A stretch of DNA of 62,698 nt, filler included, from Sphacelaria rigidula (lineage: Eukaryota): assembly GCA_964200075.2 (NCBI GenBank). It is 10 parts of 10 records of this genome, joined end to end, with 100 filler letters (N's around TTAATTAATTAA, not from the genome) between each part and the next. Parts side by side here need not be neighbours in the genome. Positions count along the whole stretch, not along the records: positions 1 to 6,181 come from CAXNAA020021698.1; positions 6,282 to 12,461 come from CAXNAA020021699.1; 8 more parts are not named here. One strand, written 5' to 3'. The notes beneath the pieces were generated by a model. That model was not told the DNA's origin. It worked only from the letters and a program-made list of their open reading frames with translations, and ran no database searches. Positions 1 through 9,652 of the stretch are shown piece after piece. How positions within the stretch are numbered: position 1 is the first letter of the stretch; every line of letters starts with the position of its first letter. A program made the position numbers and the translations under genes.

Positions 1-271
1 AGTGTTCCCTCCCAAGAAAAACACAAAAAGTAAAAGGGGCAACCCCGGCCCGCGCCGGAACCCCCCCCCCCCCCCCCCCCTCAATTGCTTGTGCCCAATC
101 TACATAATCCATGGACGCCGGTCAAGGCAGATACAAGTCGTGTTAGGAAACGCCCTACACAATTCATGTCCCTCAAAGTAGCGTGCGTGGCTTAACCCAA
201 AATGTGCATGTATGCATCGCTAAGACCGGAAAATGCCCGGGGCTAGCACAAGGGCACACACAAAAACGTGC

Positions 272-826
272 CTACTCATCATTTTCCAAGTTCATCGAAA
301 ACCGTCTGTGCCTCGCAAACAAGTTGATCGAGAGAGGCGTCGTCAAAATATGAGCGTGCTGCCATCCTAAATCTACATGCACAACCCTGATCTTTCTCGT
401 TCCCACCAGCTCTCGAATGAAGTGATACCTCACGTCGATGTGCTTACTCGTTTCGGAACTGAGGGGATTTTCGGCCAGAGCTTTCGCTGCCTCGTTGCCC
501 TCATTCAGAACAATACCGTGATCCTCCCCACATCCCGACACAGACTGAGGTCGCAAAAACGTCAACACGGCATTTACGAAGAGTCCCTCGCTTACCCCTT
601 CGACCATTGCGACATACTCCGCCTCCGTGGTTGCTAGAGTCACACAGTGTTGCGTGCGGCTCGTTGCCGACACTACCACATCACCATACATCATAGCTAC
701 CCTTGAGACTGAACGGCTATCTGTTTTCTTCTTGGCGTAGTCTGAATCACACCATCCTGAAAGCTTGTCGTGATCTCTCTTGAACCTAAGTTCAAAATTC
801 TCTGTCCTATTGAGATACTTCAACAC
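272..826 (-). pseudogene. Copia RNase H domain
   Basis: Motifs GWCDSDYA, TTEAEY and SKHIDVRYHFIRE are typical of copia RNase H. Confidence 0.92.
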
Positions 827-1750
827 CTTTACCCCAGCTTCCCAGTGCCTCTCGCACGGGTCATGTGACTGACGAGCGAGGGCTCATACTGCATTCGCTA
901 CGTCAGGTCTTGTAACCGTTGCCAGTCACATCAGTCCCCCCACTGCGTTACGGTATGGACGATTCACCACCGTATCTTCGCCCGTTGTCGACCCCAACTC
1001 AACAGAAATAGAGGCAGGGATTTCCGAGTATGCCCTTACCCGAAAACGCTTTAGGAGCGTGTCCGTGAACGTGGTTTGCGTCACCGACAGCGTGCCTCTA
1101 TCCTAGTCTCTATCCACCGCACACCTCATGTACCATGTGACCTCTCCGAGATTGTTCGTGATGAACTTGTCGTCCGGAATTTCCTCCACATTTCGCACAT
1201 TTTCCTCAGTACCACTGATCAGAATGTCACCCACATGGACGACAGAAATCACACGCACGTCTCCTGCATCCTCCATCTTGAAGGCACAAGGGTCAGCCTC
1301 ACACTGCACTATCCCGACGTCCTCCAGTAAAGTTTGGCGCAGGAGACGAGACCATTGCTTGTGTGCTTGCTTGATCCCGTAAATAGATTTTCGAGCTTAA
1401 CAGTCATGTCTGTCAAAACGTAGTAACCTTCAGGCAGCCTCATGTACACGTCATTGTCCATCTTCGCTTGAACAAAAGCCTGTGTTACGTCGAAATGGTA
1501 CAGCCGTCACTCTTCCTGAACTGCCACTGCCATGACCAGTTTGATGGAGGCCATGGACGGGGTTGCCGCGAGAGTTCTCGAAATAGTCGACTGCGAAACG
1601 TTGTCCGAATCCTCGTGCTACCAACCTAGCCTTTGCCTTCGTTACAGTATCATCTGCGTCACTTTTCGGACTAAAAGTCCACTTCGCTAAAATCACGTCC
1701 ACTCCTTCCGGTACAGGGCCAATCGAAAATGTTCTGGTCTTTTCATGACT
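827..1750 (-). pseudogene. Copia reverse transcriptase (RVT_2-type), frameshifted
   Basis: KWTFSPKSDADDTVTKAKARLVARGFGQ and CEADPCAFK are present. The catalytic YVDD appears decayed to HVGD (ORF 1103-1309). Confidence 0.9.
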
Positions 1751-2860
1751 TCCCAGTTCGGCCTGCATCGCGCCTAACCATGCCTCTCGAAACTCTAATT
1801 TTTCTATGTCATCCATACTGGTGGGTGCTACCTCTACTTCGCTTACATGTAGGCCAACCGGTGAACGCAAAACAAATTCAGGCTGCCCTACTCTGTTTTG
1901 AATCGAGGCGATTGTGTCTTGTTCTGCCACCTGTCCTGCTGCCGCGGTGATCATCTCCACGGTTGAGCATTTACCGTTGGCCATTCCCGCCAGCGCCATC
2001 TCCGCTTTCTTTCTGCTTTCCTCCGCTCCGCTAGCCACCAGCGTTTCACCATGTGTGTGTGCCGGCCCCATGGCCTTGCGCGTTTGGCTCCTCGTACGCC
2101 CCGCCCTTGGTGTTGGCAACTCCTCGCCCGCGTGAGACGGCGTCGCTCGGTCCTCGGGAGTTGAGGGGTGTCGCCGCCCCCCCCCTCGCCGTCTTGCGAG
2201 GGACCCGTGGAAGAGGGTGGCAGTGCGGGCGACGAGGGAGTGTTCGATGCCGATGTCAGCGTCGGCGTACGTGTCTGCATCTGCACTGGTGTCGGCGTCG
2301 GCGCTGATGTTGGCGTTGATGTAGATGATTATGACGGTTCCAGCTCCCCCTTACCCCCTCCGTTGAAAAAATGGAACGGGGATCTCTGGCATCACCCCGC
2401 CTCTCCCCCCCCATTCGCGGGAACGGTGAAGGTACTTCGCCCCCTCCACTACTGACGGGGATTTGTGGTGCTGTTCCGCCCCCTCCTCTACGGAACTCGG
2501 CGGGGAGGACGGTGCGCTTGAGGAACCGCTGGACGAAGTGTCCACTGTCGAGTTTTCCATCCTTTCGTCGCTCACTTCCTGGCCTGCACCGACTTTGGAA
2601 TCTTTCGGCTCACCCGGCGTCTAGATCGCTTGCTGTAGTATGCGGTAGGGGGTGGCGGAGGTACTTGCCCATCTTACACTTCTTGTTACAGTCATGGATC
2701 CTCGTACAGTCAAATCTCGCATCGCGTCACGTAGGTAGCCTGGGGCTGGGCTCAAATATCAACATTTTTTCGCCCTCGGCTGTAATTTGCTTGTCCGATT
2801 CCTCCTACAAGACCCAGGCTTCAAAAATGAAATGAGTTCACCGTCCGGTGGTGATCCGCA

Positions 2861-3520
2861 CTACATCCCATGCGGTGATTTGCACTTTGGGTTAGCCGAG
2901 ATAGCGGTGCCGTTCAGGGCGTGATACGCCCAGTGTGCCTGTTCAGCCCACAGGTTGTCACCGTTTGGGATACGCTCATCTAGGTACAGCTCAGATGCTT
3001 GGGTCTTGGCCGCAAGGCCAGCTGTTTCGATGATACCCAACGCTCGCTCTGCAACGCCGTTGAACTGGGGTGAATCGGGGGTTGTCTTTTCCTGCTTGAT
3101 CTTTTCCCTGTCGCACAGTTCATCAAATGTACCCCCCGAGAAATCAGCCCCGTCATCGCTACGGACTATTTCGATTTTTCGTGGAGGAACCCATGCAAAG
3201 TATTTTGTGAAGCATCGCTCTGCCTCGTCCTTTGTCTGAAGGAAATACAGCTCCGTGAACCGTGAGTGATCATCTCGGACTATCATCGTGTTGCAATGAG
3301 AATTGACTGATTTCGGGCCTGAAAAATCTACAAACACCCTAGACGCTGACATCGCTGCTCTCGTGTGCGTCAATCTTGGAGTCGGCCGTCGTAGTCCCTT
3401 CGCCTCTGAGCAACCGCGGCAGGGCTGCAGCTCCCCAGCCAATTACTTTCCCAGCTGCTTCGCGGTCTTTCTCAGCAAGCTCTCGTAAACATGGGCGTGG
3501 GCACAGTGAAAGTTGTTCAT
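2861..3520 (-). pseudogene. Copia integrase (HHCC zinc finger + DDE core)
   Basis: FHCAHAHV...PCRGC zinc finger with an in-frame stop; core motifs VFVDFSGP, VRSDDGADF, PQFNGVAER. Confidence 0.9.
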
Positions 3521-4426
3521 GTCAGCGATCTGGGGGCTAGGCGGAGCACACTTGTCACTACCGCTTTTGTTGAGGCGGCAGGCGTACATTTTGGTTGATG
3601 CGCTTGTCCGGATATTTTCAGTGTATCGCCTGAAATGAGATCTACCGTGAAACCTTCACAAAAAACAGTGTAGGTGTGTCCCATGTTTTGGATCCTTGTG
3701 AGTGACGAGAGATAACGACGGACATCAGGTATATGATCAACATCCGTTAATTTTACTGTCACATCCTGTCCATCAGATCTGAAGGCAAGAGACAAATTTT
3801 CTCCGCCTACGATCGGGTAAGTACTACCACCCGCGCACCGTTGTACCCTACCCTGACAATCTCTGTACTCCGCCATCCCACGGGAATCGGGGGAGAAGTG
3901 CTGGGTAGACCCGTGTCAAATGAGCACGGTTCGTCCTCACCCTGCTGTTTATCACCTCCCTGCCCAACACACATTGCAAACTCGCCTGTTTCGCCGTTGA
4001 CGGTGGTGTCGAAAGAGGTGAAAGCCTCCCCGTCCGCGCCCGCGCAAACGGAGGAGTCGTCGCTGTCGTCGGCCGCACCCATCGCCATTGCCACATATTT
4101 TTTCTTCGCTGTCGATCTCGGACAGTCCCCGAACTTGTTCCCCTGTTCACCGCACCTCCCGACGTATCTCTTCGTGCAGTCCCTGGCGCGGTGCGTCGTG
4201 CCCTTTTCGTTTGTGAGAGGTGTCATGAACTCTCACCAATCTTTCCAACTGCCGCTGGGCTCGTTTTCACCCTCTATTTCTCGACAGCACGATATCGGCG
4301 GCGCAGTGTATGTGGGCCCAGATTGCTCCGCTCGAAGCTGCCGGCCGACACGACCCCGCCGGCATTGCTGACTCCTGCCGCCGGTACTTCTGCTGAAGAC
4401 TGCTGGAGAGGTCATGAAGACCGCCG

Positions 4427-4808
4427 TGTAGCCGTTCGGATACACAGTGGAGGTGAGAATGCCTTGGGCGACCCAAACGGTGTTCATATCGAGTCTTGTT
4501 TACTTGCTTCTTCGCCGTTTGAGGGTCGCACAGTGAGGACAAGGTGGTGATCAGGCTGGCGGGCACATGCGCACCAGTTTTGTTCTCTTTGCATATTTCT
4601 TGACGCATTTGCGAGTCAAATATAGTTTCCCTGTACCATACAAGAGGATACCCTAAACTGTACGGGTCCTGCACCTTGCCCGGATTATGGCTTTGTATCT
4701 TTGTACTATATTTCCGGTGAAAAGCATATCTTATCTTCATTCGGTGCTTGCTTCGTACGAATGAAAACCAATGATCAGGCCCGAAAATGGCCGCACACCC
4801 CCCTTTCT
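4427..4808 (-). mobile_element. Candidate polypurine tract (4798-4808) plus 3' LTR (4427-4797) of a second LTR element inserted into the copia gag region
   Basis: Minus strand reads AGAAAGGGGGG then TGTGCGGCC...CGGCTACA (371 bp, TGT...ACA termini). Gag-like coding sequence resumes directly after it. Confidence 0.55.
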
Positions 4809-6181
4809 AAACTTCAGAGAGAAACAACATTATAAATAAACAACGAACGATAATCACAATCGCGAATCAACCACTAGTTTTACGTATTACCGTGTGTTGG
4901 ACCCCACTGCCTTCTTCACTGACGAACCTTGCTGGTAAAACCAGCGCTGTTTCGGCTCGACAACGGCCAAAACCTTGTACGAGTGCTTCGAAATAGTAGA
5001 ATAGGTGCGATGCTTGGGTATATTTCTGTCCATCTTAAGTAAAGAACTTGTCATTCAATCTTCACGTCGGCCGAGTCTGCCCTCTAACTTCGTAACGAAC
5101 CCATCTGCAAAGCCGTCACAACGACCATTATACCCAGACAACGTATTATCGCCCTTCAGTGCCGTAAATCATGGGACGGGCGTGTGGGAAGGCCATCAGT
5201 CGAGGGTCGTCTTGTCACCTCCCAAATTTAGTCGCGACGCGGAGATTTCGAAGGAAACGGGCACGGCATGCCAGACAGAATGCGTATCGCGCTTCGAATC
5301 CCTCGTTTGGGATCATGCAGAGTGTGCATCGCTGATAATCCGAGGGGTGGGGTTTGTTGCGGGATCTCGTACTACCGTTTTCACACGTCTACAGTGAATG
5401 CCTAAAGTGTATTACACATTATTGCTTCCTCTCTTCGCGACGTGACTAGGAACCGCGTCTCGCGCATTCACCTCCGCCGCACGTGCTATCCAATTTGGTC
5501 ACAATTTTCGAGTCTAGATTAGGTCAGCAGGCTGCACGTGATTGCGAAACAAGGCCAAGACGTCGCCTATCTGGATATTCCCGTCTGGGGGAAGTAAAAA
5601 ATAAACGACACTCCGGAGGACGCCCTTCATTCTATCGACCATGTTGTAGAGGAGCAGTCTATCCACCATATTTTGGTAGCTACTGACAAACAACTGAGGA
5701 AAATGTTTGAGCCTGGCAGGCAGACTTGTAAAGCAAAGGCGGTGTTATACCTAGAAGCGGCGGAGACATGCCCATTTTTCTACCCCACGTGGGAAGCAAC
5801 GGTCTATGGTGAGGCCATAGACATTTGTCGTAGGCTCCCCAAGTACAAGTTGCCGCCGCTGTAGGTAGCGAAGGCGGAGATAAGCACGCTCTCATTGCTT
5901 GTGTACCAACACCTCCCGTGCGGAGCAGTAGATTAGCGGCGAAGAAGCCTGTAGTCATTGGTGCCGGGGATCTTATTGTAATGAAAGGTGGCTTGGATTC
6001 ACCCCAGCCGCTAGTCCCTGCGACGATGATGAGGAAGACGCTGCAGATGAAGGTGAAGACACTGCCGATGACGGCATCGCAGTCGATGACGGCGCGGGAG
6101 ATTGACGGATATCATGTTTGCAGCTTCGGTTTTGAATACGAGGGTCTGATTTGATGGGGTTGGATTGGGGTAGGGTTTTGG

Positions 6182-6281
6182 NNNNNNNNNNNNNNNNNNN
6201 NNNNNNNNNNNNNNNNNNNNNNNNNTTAATTAATTAANNNNNNNNNNNNNNNNNNNNNNNNNNNNNNNNNNNNNNNNNNNN
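6182..6281. other. Artificial 100-nt contig spacer (N44-TTAATTAATTAA-N44); same spacer at 12462-12561, 18742-18841, 25022-25121, 31302-31401, 37582-37681, 43862-43961, 50141-50240, 56420-56519
   Basis: Nine identical spacers. TTAATTAATTAA gives stops in all six frames. Contig lengths fall from 6181 to 6180 to 6179, as expected for size-sorted concatenation. Confidence 0.99.
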
Positions 6282-6309
6282 CCCTGTACCGCCCGCCCCC
6301 CCCCTACAT

Positions 6310-6462
6310 GCTCCGTCTCGAAAGGGATGCGTGGTCAATGGTCAAATGACTAAGGCAAGGAACAAATGAGTACGCCCCCCCCTACAGGGTGCTCCGTCTC
6401 GAAAGGGATGCGTGGTCAATGGTCAAATGACTAAGGCAAGCAACAAATGAGTACGCCCCCCC
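6310..6462 (+). repeat. Two tandem short copies of the dispersed poly(C)-terminated repeat
   Basis: TGCTCCGTCTCGAAAGGGATGCGTGGTCAATGGTCAAATGACTAAGGCAAG-AACAAATGAGTACGCCCCCCC occurs twice, with CCCCCCCCTACA before, between and after. Confidence 0.9.
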
Positions 6463-6910
6463 CTACACCCGTCACTTGTGGATATCTTCGCCGTATAGAT
6501 GTTACTCCGCAAGGACGTGAAGGGTCATCGCCGAGAAAGATTCGGCGAAGTTTCCGCTGCTTGATTTGCTCTGTTTCAAGCTCGCTGTTGTCTGCGAGCT
6601 GTGTCTGCCGTTCTCGTTGTCATTGTCGATTTTGGTGAGACGTTTGTGGGGGGGCGGGGGGTGAGCAAACGTGTCTCATCGTAACTCGGTCATATCCGTT
6701 GAACACCAACTTTTGCGAGGATCATGTCGAAATGTGTTCCACTTGGTTGGATAGCTCGAAACAAACAAAAATTATAGAGCTCTACGAACGTGTCCGTCAA
6801 GTTCGGCGTTGCCAAACACGGAGAAGAATGCTCAAATTTGTTCCGAAAATCCGACGGCAGGCCAATTTTATCCCCGAACTGACTACTTTCTCTCCTTGGT
6901 GCCGGAAAGA

Positions 6911-6956
6911 GATGCATTGTGATGCATTGTGATGTATTGTGATGTATTGTGATGCG
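6911..6956 (+). repeat. 10-bp tandem repeat (GATGYATTGT)x4.5
   Basis: gatgcattgt gatgcattgt gatgtattgt gatgtattgt gatgcg. Confidence 0.9.
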
Positions 6957-7532
6957 TAAAGATTTGTGCCAAAGGAAAATACTTGGGACGTCCTTGTTCT
7001 AGGTGTTCCATTTCCGGAGTCAAACGACGAGTACGAACCCAAAAGGTTCTTCTCCAGTGTATTTTAAATTCCCACAAGAGGCGGCTACATCGCATTTTTG
7101 TGGTATTTCCTGTGTATACCAGAACCTACACTACAAGTCAGTCCGATATCTAATGTACTGCTGTCCTCACTTCCATACTCTGACGGATGCAACAGGAGCA
7201 AAATATCGTATCGAGACCGAGTATCGTTCATGTTGTCCTTTTCTTCGAATATATAAAAAAAAATGAAGGTACATGCAGGGGTCTATCGGGAGAAGAGTTT
7301 CGGACACGGAGACCTCCCCCCCGCCGCCGCCGCCCTCCCTCCCAGAGGGCAATTCTTCGCAAAGTGTCATCAATTTTGTTTTATAAATATTGTAGAGTTT
7401 GTTTTCAAGAAATAATTTCGAAGAAATTGAAGAAACACAGACAAAAGAACGAAAAGTCTGGTGGTCTTTGTGGGGTTGGTATATTTGCTTCTGCTCCTTG
7501 CCCGCTCTATCCTGATGATCTCGGATGCCGGT

Positions 7533-7729
7533 GTAATGCGTGAGAGGACCGCGTGCTGAGAGGACCGCATCGTAGTTCAAAACACCCCGGGATCAACGGT
7601 TTTCGAAGCCGATCGGACCAGTCCCTGCAGGGACCACGCCCCTGACCCTAACCCCGACACCAACCCTCACCACAGGGGTATGACAATTCCGATGCGATCC
7701 CCTAAGCACGCGGTCCTCACACGCATTAC
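7533..7729. mobile_element. MITE with TIRs and degenerate telomere-like core (family T, copy A)
   Basis: GTAATGCGTGAGAGGACCGCGTGC ... GCACGCGGTCCTCACACGCATTAC; internal CCCTGACCCTAACCCCGACACCAACCCTCACC. Confidence 0.8.
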
Positions 7730-8285
7730 TCCCGCCACGCTCACACACATATATGCGCACGAGCACACGGTACCGACAACCTGTCGCCAAAGTAGCAACA
7801 TTATCTCACGCATGGTCACACTTGCCCAGACTACTGGTGAATACTCGAGGAACACGACACAGAACATGAAAACATGGTGAGTGATGAGCTCGGAGAGGGC
7901 GACGTGTCCACCATCTCAGCGGTTTCCCATGCCAAGGATATCGGTACGCCCGTCAGCTGACCGCATCCCCCAAGCCCTCGGCTACAAACTAGGGGACAGC
8001 AGGCTGGGTTCCCGTTTCACTGCGTAAGCTAGGACACCAGGTTACCGAGTTGTTTTGCACGCTAGTGTGGAGATCGTCATTTGGGCATGTGCGGAGACAT
8101 TTCATTTTATGACGTGTAACCTAGTGAACGACTGTTACAGCGGGAGTCTCACCACCTTCACACCAGCGGTTTTTCGCGCTTACCATAATCGTGATCGAGC
8201 TAGATCATATTATGCGGGTTGGGAGAACCTAAATTCCACGCAAAGGAGATGATCGTACATCGTATTTTTCAAATTTTGAGGCACT

Positions 8286-8842
8286 CATGAGGCAGTGTGT
8301 AAGCCATAGCTGTCTCTGGAAGTCGTAACACCAGAAAATGAAGCAATTCATTGGAGGCTATCATCCTAATGCAAGATAATCAGTGGGCTTCGCGCCAAAT
8401 AATCTTAGCAGGATGCAGTTCACCCTTCATGCGAAGCGCCAAACACACCACAGCGCTTCGCGCTTCGTGATTGATTGCGAGCCTGGTCCGGAGTGATGCT
8501 ACGGTAGGGGTGCACAAATATTTTGTGAGGTTGGAATTGTTAGGAGCCCTCTATCTCATGCAAAACACGGCGTATGAAAATATGTCAAAGTACGCCAGGA
8601 TTACTACTCCAATGTGTTGGGGATATCCCGAATGAATTTGCAAACGGGGGTGCCCTGACCCAAATTTTTGTGCATCTAGAATCGTTAGGGACCTCTGAAC
8701 TAGACATAATTACGCGAAAAAAGTGCACCCTTTCAGTAGCATTGCTCTCGGGCGAAAACCCGGCGTGCTCTGTCCCGGCTTTGTAAGGATGCGATGTCAA
8801 TGGTCATCTGACAAAGGCATGCAAGTCATGAACTCCCCCTCT
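8286..8842 (+). repeat. Long copy of the poly(C)-terminated dispersed repeat, interrupted by a MITE
   Basis: Shares CATGAGGCAGTG...CCAGAAAATGAAGCAA..CATTGGAGGCT...GGATGCAG.TCA..CTTCATGCGA with 32157-32455, 40156-40420 and (reverse) 14425-14740. Confidence 0.85.
8491..8747. mobile_element. 257-bp MITE, GAG...CTC termini, 4-bp TSD (Sola2-like)
   Basis: TIR GAGTGATGCTACGGTAGGGGTGCAC / GTGCACCCTTTCAGTAGCATTGCTC; TSD TCCG/TCGG. The empty site GAGCCTGGTCCGGCGAAAACCC is visible in the copy at ~14521-14545 (reverse). Confidence 0.85.
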
Positions 8843-9652
8843 CAAAAACGTTTTTTATTTTATTTCGAGGCGCACGTGTCCTGATATCTTTTTTCAATAG
8901 AACACTGGTATATACAGTATTTTTCGTCTGTTTCTTGAACTATCGCATCGGCCTAAAATATCGCTTCGATCTTCATCACCGGTTTCAACTGTGTGGGAAC
9001 ACCACGGAGTCATCCTACAATAGAGGGGGGAGGGTATTTTGGGCCACTTCTTGTACGAAATTCCAAGTCAAATCGTCGTTGAAAGCAGCAACGGTTGCTC
9101 GAACGAGCTTGTGATGGATGAGCGACGCTCATTCTTATCGATCGACACGGTATTGAACCATATACAAGCGCACCGCGAGTGTGGCAGGTCGTCGGACACA
9201 CTTGTGAGCCTCGTTTTTCGTGCAATCAAATACCACCCCCCGCTATCGTAGGATGACGCCACGAGTGAGCTCGGTACGACATCGAACGTCGTCTTAGCCC
9301 TTGCTGTAACCTCGTGAGGGTTGCAGCCACTATAACTGGTACTGCATTCGCAATGAGGTGCATTCAAGACGGATTCCAAGGGATGACCCGTCCCGAACAA
9401 CTTGTACAAACTGTGTGCATGCACGAGACGAAGGAGGTGGCACAAAACGGCAGCGCACCATACAATCAACACCACCGAGGATCATCGACACACCAATTTT
9501 CATGCAACGGTCAGATAAAGTTGTAGCTCAAACGCGGTTCCATCGACCGTTTGTCAGCACGTGTGGCTACACCTCATCACGAGGTGACGCAGAAAACAGT
9601 TCAGCACTACTGTGTCCACCTAGCACTTCTCGAATTGACACTCACGTGTGCT

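Larger units (their letters stand above)
272..4426 (-). mobile_element. Degenerate Ty1/copia LTR retrotransposon internal region (gag-PR-IN-RT-RH)
   Basis: Minus-strand domain order is copia-type: CCHC-like knuckle (~4110-4195), protease DTG (~3910), HHCC zinc finger and integrase core (2861-3520), RT (830-1750), RNase H (272-826). Many frameshifts and stops. Confidence 0.93.

Noticed and set aside
61..87. PPT and 3' LTR of the copia element
   Set aside because: TTGAG(n) on the minus strand is PPT-like, but no TG follows and sequence beyond a 20-nt homopolymer at a contig end is unreliable.
6182..6281. Regularly spaced TTAATTAATTAA as a biological periodic element
   Set aside because: It is embedded in N runs and identical each time, so it is an artificial six-frame-stop spacer.
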